DNA from: Chloroflexota bacterium
GTDB lineage: Bacteria > Chloroflexota > Dehalococcoidia > Lucifugimonadales > Lucifugimonadaceae
Direction: 5' to 3'
Assembly (NCBI GenBank): GCA_002721615.1
Contig: PBKW01000005.1
Location: 239 to 64,238, forward strand
Length of the DNA: 64,000 nt
The notes under the pieces were generated by a model, which was not told where the DNA came from, searched no databases, and worked only from the letters and a program-made list of their open reading frames with translations. A program made the translations under genes and the position numbers. Of the stretch, positions 49,413-58,545 are shown piece after piece. Position 1 is the first letter of the stretch; each line of letters opens with the position of its first letter.

Positions 49413-49934
49413 ATGAGAAATGATATCAAAAAAAATGAATATGTTTACTATGAAAAAATAATTCCTAGTATGTCTTTAGCAAGTTTGTTGGGTATATTCA
49501 TTGGATTAATTCTAGGATTATTAACTGGAATAGTAATTATTCGACCCTTTGAGATGATGTTAATGATTATATCAATAGGAGTTTTATTGATTTTTTCTTT
49601 GATTCTAATTTTTTTTCTATTAAGTTTTAGAACATTAATCATTGAAATTAATGATGAGAAAATTATTGTAAATATTGGGTTAACTCATAAGGTTTTATTT
49701 ATCTCTGATATATATCATATAGAGTTAATTAATGAATCTAAATTGAAATTGTTTATTAGAAATTCTTTTTCGTTATTTTATTCAAAGGTTTGGTATGTTC
49801 CAGTTGTTTTAAATGGTATTAAGATTTACTCAAAACATAATTCGATCAATCAAATATATTTTATCTCATCCAATAAACCTTTAGTATTATATTCTCAGAT
49901 AGAATCTATATTGAATAAAAAGAAAAATGAATGA
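49413..49934 (+). CDS. Small membrane protein (two TM segments plus a possible bacterial PH-like domain)
   Basis: 173 aa. Two long hydrophobic helices followed by a beta-rich region. 8-bp overlap with thiD. The family assignment is tentative. Confidence 0.5.
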   Translation: MRNDIKKNEYVYYEKIIPSMSLASLLGIFIGLILGLLTGIVIIRPFEMMLMIISIGVLLIFSLILIFFLLSFRTLIIEINDEKIIVNIGLTHKVLFISDIYHIELINESKLKLFIRNSFSLFYSKVWYVPVVLNGIKIYSKHNSINQIYFISSNKPLVLYSQIESILNKKKNE

Positions 49935-50721
49935 TATCCCTAAAGTTATGACAATTGCAGGATCTGATTCTGGCGGTGGTGCTGGAATTCAGGCTGATCT
50001 AAAAACTTTTGCAGCTTTTGGTGTTTTCGGCACTTCTGTTATTACAGCAGTAACTTCTCAAAACACATTAGGAGTTTTTGATGTATTAGAAATTCCAGCA
50101 AAAAATGTTGATTCTCAAATTAAAGCAATCCTAAAAGATATAGGAACAGATTTTGTTAAAACTGGCATGTTGTCTAATTCAGAAATTTTAAGAATTGTAG
50201 TTAACAATATTAAGGAAAATAATATTAAGAATCTTGTAGTAGACCCTGTTATGGTTGCATCTAGTGGAGATCGTTTATTAAATGATCAAGCAATTCATGG
50301 ATATAGAAAATTTTTAATTCCTTTATCTAAAATTATTACTCCCAATATTCCCGAAGCAGAGACGTTGTCAGGAGTGAAGATAAAAAAAATTGAAGACATA
50401 AAAGTTAACTCCGAAATTTTATTTCAAATGGGATGTGAATATGTATTAATTAAGGGTGGTCATTTTAATGATAGATATTCAACAGATTATTTATATGATG
50501 GTAAAAACTTGTTAGAATTTTCTGAAATTAGAATTAAGACTAATAATATCCATGGAACTGGCTGTACTTTATCTTCTGCTATTGCAGCTTCTTTGTCACT
50601 AGGTTTAAGTATCGAAGAGTCTGTTGAAAAAAGTAAAAAATATATTACAGAAGCTCTAAAAAAATCTTTTAAGGTAGGAGAAGGAAATAATCCTGTAAAT
50701 CATTTTCATTCATATTGGTAA
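49927..50721 (+). CDS. thiD: Hydroxymethylpyrimidine/phosphomethylpyrimidine kinase
   Basis: IAGSDSGGGAGIQADLKT and GTGCTLSSAIA motifs. Confidence 0.9.
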   Translation: MNDIPKVMTIAGSDSGGGAGIQADLKTFAAFGVFGTSVITAVTSQNTLGVFDVLEIPAKNVDSQIKAILKDIGTDFVKTGMLSNSEILRIVVNNIKENNIKNLVVDPVMVASSGDRLLNDQAIHGYRKFLIPLSKIITPNIPEAETLSGVKIKKIEDIKVNSEILFQMGCEYVLIKGGHFNDRYSTDYLYDGKNLLEFSEIRIKTNNIHGTGCTLSSAIAASLSLGLSIEESVEKSKKYITEALKKSFKVGEGNNPVNHFHSYW

Positions 50722-50760
50722 TCATTCTAATAATGACGAAATTATTTTACTTTATTCAGT

Positions 50761-52092
50761 TTATGCAATAAATTTAATACTTCCAGATTCTTCTCTATCT
50801 TTCCATACAGAACCTGAAGGATATATATGAGCATTAAAAAAATCTTCTTTCATTTCTAGTCCCCATCCTGGTACTGATGGAGCAATGTATTTTCCATTTG
50901 ATACTTCTATTGGATTCTCGAATACTTCTTTTTGAAGAAAATTGAGGTATTCTACTACTTGATTATTGGAATGGCCTGAGACACTGATTTGATCCCACAT
51001 AGCATAATGAACAATCATATTACATAATCCTATACCCCCTCCATGGGGACATACGGGAACGTTGAATTTTTTAGCTAAAATAATAACAGGAATAATGTCA
51101 TTTACTCCTCCTGTTCTGCTGGCATCTATTTGGCAATATCCAATAGCTCCAGATTCAAGCAATTGTTTAAAAATCACAGGAGATTGAGCTTGTTCTCCTG
51201 TGGCTACTTCAATTCCATATTTTTTTAATGCTTTTGATATTTTTAGATGTCCTTGAACATCATCTCTAGCAGTAGGTTCTTCTATCCATGTTGGATTAAA
51301 TTCAGAAAGTTCTTTCATATATTCAATTGCTTCTTCTACTCCCCACAATTGATTACAATCAACCATTAATTTAGATTTTTTACCAATTTTTTCTCTTATA
51401 AATTTTAATCTTTCTTTATCTTGTTTTAAATCTTGACCAACTTTCATCTTAAAACAGTCAAAGCCTTCACTTTTCATTTCATTAATGGTAGATGCTATTT
51501 CATCATCAGTTAAACCCAACCATCCAGCAGTTGAATATGCTTTTGGCCCATCTTTTAATAATTGTTTTTCACGGGAATTTTTTTGGTAATTGTTTTTGGC
51601 CAATATATTCAGAGCTTCGTCCTTAGAAATAGAATCTTTTAAATATCTCCAGTCTATTGATTTAATGATTTGTTCAGGATCTAAATCTACTAAAAGTTTC
51701 CATAAGGGTTTTTCTTCAATTTTAGCCCAAGCATCCCATAGAGAATTCATAATACACCCTAAGGCCATTCTGTTAACTCCATCTGCTAACCATCTTAGTT
51801 GATGATGGTCATTAATTAATTTATATGTAGATCCTGGATTTTTTATGAAGTTGTCTATTTTATATTCTTGTAGCAATTTTGAAATATCTTTTACTCCATA
51901 TACAATCCAATCGTTTCCTGCTCCAGCAGTAAAACAAACTGAATTTCCTTTAATTCCATTACTTAGATGTATAGTTGTATATACACATGAATAATTAGGC
52001 TTTTTATGGAAAGGATCAGATCCTAAAAGAGTATCTGAAGTTGGAACTCTGATATCATGGACTTCAATTTTATTAATTTTAATAGATGACAT
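50761..52092 (-). CDS. Enolase-superfamily L-fuconate dehydratase-like protein
   Basis: 443 aa. The N-terminus HDIRVPTSDTLLGSDPFHKKPNYSCVY parallels FucD/ENOSF1. Also KMKVG, MVDCNQ, WIEEP and PHGGG. Confidence 0.8.
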   Translation of the reverse strand: MSSIKINKIEVHDIRVPTSDTLLGSDPFHKKPNYSCVYTTIHLSNGIKGNSVCFTAGAGNDWIVYGVKDISKLLQEYKIDNFIKNPGSTYKLINDHHQLRWLADGVNRMALGCIMNSLWDAWAKIEEKPLWKLLVDLDPEQIIKSIDWRYLKDSISKDEALNILAKNNYQKNSREKQLLKDGPKAYSTAGWLGLTDDEIASTINEMKSEGFDCFKMKVGQDLKQDKERLKFIREKIGKKSKLMVDCNQLWGVEEAIEYMKELSEFNPTWIEEPTARDDVQGHLKISKALKKYGIEVATGEQAQSPVIFKQLLESGAIGYCQIDASRTGGVNDIIPVIILAKKFNVPVCPHGGGIGLCNMIVHYAMWDQISVSGHSNNQVVEYLNFLQKEVFENPIEVSNGKYIAPSVPGWGLEMKEDFFNAHIYPSGSVWKDREESGSIKFIA

Positions 52093-52186
52093 TTTTTATT
52101 AATATATTTATTAAATTATGCTAAGAATATATAAATTTAAACAATTTTATTCAAATGGATAATCATATAGAAAAAAATATAAATTT

Positions 52187-52738
52187 ATGAGAAAAATTTT
52201 ATTGATTTTTATTATTTTATCAATTTTTTATTCTTGTTCTTCAAATGAATCTGAAAAATTACTTAGTAAAATTTCTGACGTCTCCAAAGTATATTCTATT
52301 GAAGATTTTTCAGAATTTGGATTAAAAATTGGAGAAGAATATGATATCTCTGAGTTACCACAGGCTCAATCAGTTTATTGGGGTTTTTGGAAAGATGTTG
52401 AAGCAGATGAAGGTAGTGCAAGGTTTCAATCACTAGGAGGATCTGTAGGAGGAATGAGGGAATTTGAAATTCGTTTCTATGCTTCTCATGAAGATGCTCT
52501 TAATCATGGTGTTAAATATGCAGATGATGCAACTGGTAAAAATGCTGTGTTAACAAAACAAGAATCTTTGTGGCCTGAAGGAATTAGAAATAGAAGAACA
52601 TCAGGAGGTCCTGATGGATCACCGCTTCCAAAATTTGGAGACTATATTATTTTTGGCAATTTAATAGTTTTTTGTGAAGGAATGTCTTCAGAAGAAGCTA
52701 TTCAAAATTGTACTAATTTCTTAAAAAATCTTGAATGA
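52187..52738 (+). CDS. Lipoprotein of unknown function
   Basis: Signal peptide with lipobox FYSC. 183 aa. No family recognised. Confidence 0.5.
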   Translation: MRKILLIFIILSIFYSCSSNESEKLLSKISDVSKVYSIEDFSEFGLKIGEEYDISELPQAQSVYWGFWKDVEADEGSARFQSLGGSVGGMREFEIRFYASHEDALNHGVKYADDATGKNAVLTKQESLWPEGIRNRRTSGGPDGSPLPKFGDYIIFGNLIVFCEGMSSEEAIQNCTNFLKNLE

Positions 52739-52747
52739 AATTAGATA

Positions 52748-54226
52748 TTATTTATAGACTGCATCGTCTTTTTCAAAAGGAAACATAGGTTTTCTTCTGT
52801 TTGAGAAGCTAAAATTATTTAAACCAGTTGCAGTAACACCTGGTGAATCCAAGATAATTATCTTAGATGCTATAGGTTCAAAAGCAGGCCTTGGAGACAT
52901 TACTCCTTTAGCTATAATTATTGGGTAATTTATAGGATTTAATCCTAAAGAATGATATAATTCAATGCTAGTATTCCCAACTCTTTTGCTGGTTAATATC
53001 AATGTGTTTTCGTCTTCTGTTTCAAGTACTATTGTATCTCCTGCATCAAAATATCTTCCTCCACCATGTGTTCTTCCTAGATCTTCAAATTCACCTTCAA
53101 AATATTTTTTAATTGTGCCAGAAACTTCTATTGGCTCTCCATGCATATCATCACTTTTGCCTCCTACCTTTAATGTGATACTAGATCCAATTTTGCCCAT
53201 GCATTCCTCTACAGAATCTGGGTCATAAATTGTTTGAAGGATTCCACTAATTCCTATTTCTCTGGCTTTGTGTAATATATGAGTAGAATCTGCTGAAGAT
53301 CCGCCTCCTATATTATCTCCAGCATCCATTAAAACAACAGGTTTTTCTTTAGTATTTATTGCTTCTTTTAATCCTTCTTCTATAGATGGGACTGAAGAAT
53401 CCATTTCAAGCCTTTTATCCCATGCGTATTTGGCTATTTTTTTTGAAAAATCTTTAGCTTTATTTTTATTATTATCTGTAATAACCACAAATGACATTCC
53501 CATTTTCTCTATATCAGAATAGGGATATCCTTCTGCGACACTTACAGAAATAATTTCATTATCAGAAAATAATTTTTTAGATTCGTTGAGAATTGATTTC
53601 ATTGGATCTTCATCAGTATTGTGATTCACTATATTAATTATGAGTGGAGGAGTTTCAATCCACTGAACAGGAACAATTTCTTTTTTTGCAGTTTTGTAGA
53701 TTAACTCTGCACAGTGATAACCTCTTTCATCTGCATCCAGATGAGGTGTTGTTTGGTAAACGGTTGTAATGTCTGTGTTATCTACCATTTTCTTTGAAAC
53801 ATTTGCATGCATATCAAGATTAATACCAATAGGTATTTCGGGCCCTACGAGATTTCTTACCCTTCTTGTAATTTCACCATCCATGTCATGAAATTGTTCT
53901 GAAACTGCAGCACCATGAAGATCTAAAAGTATTGCATCAAAAGGACCATTGTTTTCAATTAAATCTAATATTTCACCTAAAATTCTTTCAAATGCATCTG
54001 ATGTTATTGTTCCAAGAGGACCAGTTTGTGCGAACATCAAAGGAACAATTTCAAAACCCAAATCTCGAGATGCTTGGTAAAATCCACCTACTGAAGAAGG
54101 AGTCTCATAAAGTTTAGTTATTTCTTCTCCTCTTAACATCACACTTTTTTCAAAATTCTCATATTCAGTAGGTATACTGTGAAATGTATTTGTTTCGTGA
54201 TTAAATCCTGCTAATGCAAATCGCAT
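52748..54226 (-). CDS. MlrC-like (M81 family) metallopeptidase
   Basis: The N-terminus MRFALAGFNHETNTF is typical of MlrC/DUF1485. 492 aa. Confidence 0.8.
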   Translation of the reverse strand: MRFALAGFNHETNTFHSIPTEYENFEKSVMLRGEEITKLYETPSSVGGFYQASRDLGFEIVPLMFAQTGPLGTITSDAFERILGEILDLIENNGPFDAILLDLHGAAVSEQFHDMDGEITRRVRNLVGPEIPIGINLDMHANVSKKMVDNTDITTVYQTTPHLDADERGYHCAELIYKTAKKEIVPVQWIETPPLIINIVNHNTDEDPMKSILNESKKLFSDNEIISVSVAEGYPYSDIEKMGMSFVVITDNNKNKAKDFSKKIAKYAWDKRLEMDSSVPSIEEGLKEAINTKEKPVVLMDAGDNIGGGSSADSTHILHKAREIGISGILQTIYDPDSVEECMGKIGSSITLKVGGKSDDMHGEPIEVSGTIKKYFEGEFEDLGRTHGGGRYFDAGDTIVLETEDENTLILTSKRVGNTSIELYHSLGLNPINYPIIIAKGVMSPRPAFEPIASKIIILDSPGVTATGLNNFSFSNRRKPMFPFEKDDAVYK

Positions 54227-54242
54227 TTTTCCTCCTTGTTAA

Positions 54243-55439
54243 TCATTTTAAAGTTCCATTATTTTTTAGTTCTTCAATTTCTGGTTTTTCATATCCTAAT
54301 TGGTTAAGAATTTCTGAAGTGTGTTGCCCAAGTAGAGGAGCTGGTGAATGTATAACTCCAGGAGTTTTGCTTAGTTTAGTAGCAATACCGATATTATGTA
54401 TAGTCCCTGCAGTTGGATGATCTAGCAACACATCCATATTTCTAGATTTTACCTGTTCATTGTTCCATACATCTTTCATGTTGAAAATTGGTCCTGCTGG
54501 AACTCCTGCTTTTTCAAGAATTTCCATCCAATCTTGTGTAGTTTTTTTTGTGAATGATTTTTCTAATTCTTTTTCTAATAAGGCTCTGTTTTTAAGCCTT
54601 TCAGGTGATCCTTTGAATTTAGGGTTTTTCATTAAATCTTCTCTATTAATCGATATGGTAAGTCTTTCCCAATTTGTTTGATTGGGCGCCCCAATATTTA
54701 TATAACCATCTTTTGTTTTTAAGGATTGATATGGAGCTGATAGACGATGAGCAGACCCCATAGGAGAAGGTATTTCTCCAGTTGAAAAATATATACTACT
54801 CTCCCATACCGTGTAAGCTAAAGAAGATTCAAGTAGTGAGGATTCTATATACTGACCTTCTCCAGTTTTTAGCAAATGGATATATGCACTTAATATTCCA
54901 TACATTGCATATACTCCTCCATTTAAATCAGATATTGGAACTCCTACTTTTACTGGAGGAGAATCAGGGTTTCCAGTAATACTCATTAATCCACTCATTC
55001 CTTGAGCTACCAAATCAAAACCAGCTCTATTAGAATATGGTCCTGTTTTTCCAAAACCAGAAATAGAACAATGTATAATTTTAGGATTTACTTTTTTTAT
55101 ATCCTCGTAATCAAGGTTTAATTTTTTTAGTGAACCTGGTCTAAAATTCTCTACAAATACATCTGATTTTGAGATTAATTTTAAAAATATTTCCTTTCCT
55201 TTTTCAGTTTGAATATTTAGAGAAACACTTTTTTTGTTTCTATTTAATTGAAGGAAAGCAGCAGATTCTCCAGCAATAAATGGAGGTCCCCATCCTCTAG
55301 TATCATCTCCTCCATTGGGTTTCTCAATTTTTATAACCTCTGCACCCATATCAGCTAGCATCATAGTACAAAAGGGACCAGCAAGTATTTGACTACAATC
55401 TAATACTTTCATTCCAGATAAAGCTTGAGGTTTAGGCAT
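54243..55439 (-). CDS. Family III CoA-transferase (CaiB/BaiF)
   Basis: LSGMKVLDCSQILAGPF, DVFVENFRPG, and catalytic Asp context GFDLVAQGMSGLMS. Confidence 0.85.
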   Translation of the reverse strand: MPKPQALSGMKVLDCSQILAGPFCTMMLADMGAEVIKIEKPNGGDDTRGWGPPFIAGESAAFLQLNRNKKSVSLNIQTEKGKEIFLKLISKSDVFVENFRPGSLKKLNLDYEDIKKVNPKIIHCSISGFGKTGPYSNRAGFDLVAQGMSGLMSITGNPDSPPVKVGVPISDLNGGVYAMYGILSAYIHLLKTGEGQYIESSLLESSLAYTVWESSIYFSTGEIPSPMGSAHRLSAPYQSLKTKDGYINIGAPNQTNWERLTISINREDLMKNPKFKGSPERLKNRALLEKELEKSFTKKTTQDWMEILEKAGVPAGPIFNMKDVWNNEQVKSRNMDVLLDHPTAGTIHNIGIATKLSKTPGVIHSPAPLLGQHTSEILNQLGYEKPEIEELKNNGTLK

Positions 55440-55550
55440 TAAATTCCTTAAATTTAATTTATATTAATGATATTCTTGATAGTTGATAATAATACACTTA
55501 TTTTTAACAAGAATCATTGTTGAGAATATTAATAAAGAAAGGAGAATGTT

Positions 55551-56315
55551 TTGTTTGATCTAACAGGTAAAGTGGCTATAGTTACTGGTGGAAATGGTGG
55601 AATCGGAAAAGGTATTGCTTTAGGTTTAGCAAAACAAGGATGTGATATAGCAATATTTGCAAGGAATAAAGAAAAATCAGAATTAGCTCGTAATGATATT
55701 CAAAAATTAGGAGTAAAAGCAGAAATAATTATTTGTGATGTTGCTGATAGAAGATCTGTAAATGATGCTGTTAAGAAAACTAGCAAAATTTTTGGAAAAT
55801 TAGATATTTTAGTTAATAATGCTGGTACTAATATCAGAACTGAAGAGCCTCAGGAATTGACCACAGAGCAATGGGACCAAGTTATTCAAACGAATCTTTC
55901 AAGTATGCATTATATGTCTTCAGAAGTTTTTCCTTATTTCAAATCACAGCAATCTGGGAAGGTAATTAATATAGGATCAATGACTTCGATTTTTGGTAGC
56001 CCTTATGCTTCAGCATATTCAGCAAGCAAAGGGGGAGTTGTTCAGTATACAAAAAGTTGTGCACTAGGTTGGGCAAAATACAATATTCAAGTAAATGCGA
56101 TTCTTCCAGGTTATATTGTTACTGAAATGACTAAGGGTTTTTTGGAACAATACCCTGAAAAAGAAAAAATTATTACTGATAGAACTGCTGCAGGAAGATG
56201 GGGTTTTCCTAAAGATTTTGAAGGTACAGCAGTTTTCTTATCAAGCGCTGCCTCTGATTTTGTTACAGGTACATTTATCCCTGTAGATGGAGGATATTCT
56301 GTAGCCTTAAATTAA
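55551..56315 (+). CDS. SDR oxidoreductase (FabG/KduD-like)
   Basis: TGGNGGIGKG, NNAG and YSASKGG motifs. TTG start with an AAAGGAG RBS. Confidence 0.9.
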   Translation: MFDLTGKVAIVTGGNGGIGKGIALGLAKQGCDIAIFARNKEKSELARNDIQKLGVKAEIIICDVADRRSVNDAVKKTSKIFGKLDILVNNAGTNIRTEEPQELTTEQWDQVIQTNLSSMHYMSSEVFPYFKSQQSGKVINIGSMTSIFGSPYASAYSASKGGVVQYTKSCALGWAKYNIQVNAILPGYIVTEMTKGFLEQYPEKEKIITDRTAAGRWGFPKDFEGTAVFLSSAASDFVTGTFIPVDGGYSVALN

Positions 56316-56316
56316 G

Positions 56317-57648
56317 TTATTCTTCCCAAGGAATTTCGTCTACAGGAATTGGTGGAATATCTTTTGGTATTTGATCCCAAGGAATTTTTTTCCAAGGTGG
56401 ATCAGCTTTAACTTTTTCAGATAGAGAAGATAATCTGTCTTTTAAATCTACTAGTTTAGTGAGTGGAATTTTATCAAGAGGTAATTTGTCTACAGGAAAA
56501 TTTACTTTTTCTAAAGGTATTTGGTCCCAAAAATTTTCTTGAGAATCTCTTTCAGCTTTAGCTAATTCTAAAGGTTTTGTTTCCTTGCATTCACCAGGAT
56601 GTTCCTGACATATTGCAAATAGGCTAATAATTCCTCCATAGTAAGTACTCTTATAATGATCAGTGAAATCTCGTTCATCGAACAGGATTGCAGTATTCAT
56701 TTCTTCTGGCTTGAATAGGTCTCCTGTATTGTGGAGTTGAAGCAACCTACCTACATGTTCATAAGGTATAAAGAATCCAGGAACTCTTGCAACTGGATCT
56801 GCATCCATTACTACTCGATACATATTAATGCCTAATTCCTCAAAAGCAGCTCGAAATTCTGCAGTTCCTACTCTAGGTCCTCCAAAAGTAATTGTTGTAA
56901 CATTTCTACCAGTATGAGCTGCAATATCAAAGCTTCCAAGGGTAGCTAATGCTCCTCCCAGGCTATGACCTGCCACATATATATCTTTATCAGGATATCT
57001 ATTTACATATTCAAGTACTTCGTCATGAAAAAGTTGATATTCACTTAAAAATCCTTCGTGAACTTCTATATCTTTATATTTATCTGAAGTGCCTACCCCT
57101 GGTTCCATGATATGAGATAATTTTTTTGTCGTTGCACGAGCATCGGTAAGCATATTCAATGTTTTTTCCCACCCATCATCAGAATCAGTGTCTCTAAAAA
57201 CTACAACAATATTATCTTTATCAATAGATACGTAACCTTGGCCCCCACTCATTGCAATATAACCATGTCCCCAAAGGTCAACACCTTTCTCTCTTGCAGG
57301 AACAATTACATCTTCTATTATTTCAACATCTGCTATCTTTAATTTTTCTTTTAAAGTATCAGCTTCTTTCATAACCCAATAAGTATGTTGGAGCATCCTC
57401 ATAGTTGTCCTAAGGGTATCGAATCCAAAATTTACATCTGTGCTCATAGTGGGGTTAAAAATCAAGTCTTTTTCAATTTCTTTTAAAATATCGGGATCAA
57501 TATTAAAACCTAGTCTTGATTCTTCAAATGCTGCAGATGTAGCATCTAAATCATTTTTAGATAACTTGTCTTCTTCATCACTAGAAAAACTACAACCAGT
57601 GAAAATAATCAAACTCAAGATAGAAATAAATAAAAAAATATTTTTCAT
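56317..57648 (-). CDS. Class-3 lipase lipoprotein with a C-terminal x-D-x-I-P repeat tail
   Basis: GHSLGGALA nucleophile elbow. Lipoprotein signal MKNIFLFISILSLIIFTGC. The track ORF starts 10 codons upstream at 57678; ATG 57648 is preceded by AAGGGA. Confidence 0.8.
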   Translation of the reverse strand: MKNIFLFISILSLIIFTGCSFSSDEEDKLSKNDLDATSAAFEESRLGFNIDPDILKEIEKDLIFNPTMSTDVNFGFDTLRTTMRMLQHTYWVMKEADTLKEKLKIADVEIIEDVIVPAREKGVDLWGHGYIAMSGGQGYVSIDKDNIVVVFRDTDSDDGWEKTLNMLTDARATTKKLSHIMEPGVGTSDKYKDIEVHEGFLSEYQLFHDEVLEYVNRYPDKDIYVAGHSLGGALATLGSFDIAAHTGRNVTTITFGGPRVGTAEFRAAFEELGINMYRVVMDADPVARVPGFFIPYEHVGRLLQLHNTGDLFKPEEMNTAILFDERDFTDHYKSTYYGGIISLFAICQEHPGECKETKPLELAKAERDSQENFWDQIPLEKVNFPVDKLPLDKIPLTKLVDLKDRLSSLSEKVKADPPWKKIPWDQIPKDIPPIPVDEIPWEE

Positions 57649-57768
57649 TGTTTTTTCCCTTTTATAATGCGTGATCAAAATAAATCATTATAGAAAAATT
57701 AAATTTCTTATAGAATGATACATTAAAATATATTTTTTTTGGATAATATATCTTTGGAGATTCAAGTT

Positions 57769-58545
57769 ATGACTAAAAAAAAGAGGATTTTAATCACAGG
57801 GATGAGTGGTTTAATCGGTGGAATGGTAGGCTGTCATCTTTTTGGTCAAGGTCATAAAATTAGAGCACTAAATCGAAGAAAAGTAGATGTTGTTGAATCA
57901 TTTGTGGCGGATATAAAAAATTTAGAAAACATCAAGCCTGCTTTTGAAAACATAGATGTTGTGCTTCATTTTTCAGCTTATTTAGGTCAAAATGAAGATT
58001 GGAACAAACACTTAGATACAAACATTATTGGTTGCTATAATGTTTTTGAAGCTGCTAGATCAGTTGGGGTAAAAAATTTCATATTTGCAAGCTCTGGTGC
58101 AACTCAGAGTTTTTATACATCAGAAGAGCCAATAAAGTCTGCTATAGATGCAAGATGGAAAGATTTAGAAAGCCAAGAAAAAAGAATTCTTAATTATTTT
58201 GATCCACCAAGGCCAGGCGATATATATGGTGCATCAAAAATTTGGGGAGAAACTTTAGGTAGGCTATATTCTGATAAACATAAAATGTCTGTTATTTGTA
58301 TAAGAATAGGTAGGGTAACAAAAGAAAATATCCCTGAAAGTTCAGCTCATGCAGCAGTATATTGTAGTCATAGAGATTTAAATCAGATAGTAGAAAAAAG
58401 TGTTAATAAAATAGATCAAGTAAAATTTGAAGTTATTTATGCGGTATCTGACAATAAAGGTAGATTCAGAGATATATCTAATGCTAAGAAAGTAGTTGGA
58501 TATGAGCCCCAAGATGGAATTAAGGAATGGCCTTTAACTGAATGA
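57769..58545 (+). CDS. NAD-dependent epimerase/dehydratase family protein
   Basis: ILITGMSGLIGG and YGASK (YxxxK). The track start is TTG 57739, but ATG 57769 is preceded by GGAGA at 57755-57759. Confidence 0.8.
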   Translation: MTKKKRILITGMSGLIGGMVGCHLFGQGHKIRALNRRKVDVVESFVADIKNLENIKPAFENIDVVLHFSAYLGQNEDWNKHLDTNIIGCYNVFEAARSVGVKNFIFASSGATQSFYTSEEPIKSAIDARWKDLESQEKRILNYFDPPRPGDIYGASKIWGETLGRLYSDKHKMSVICIRIGRVTKENIPESSAHAAVYCSHRDLNQIVEKSVNKIDQVKFEVIYAVSDNKGRFRDISNAKKVVGYEPQDGIKEWPLTE

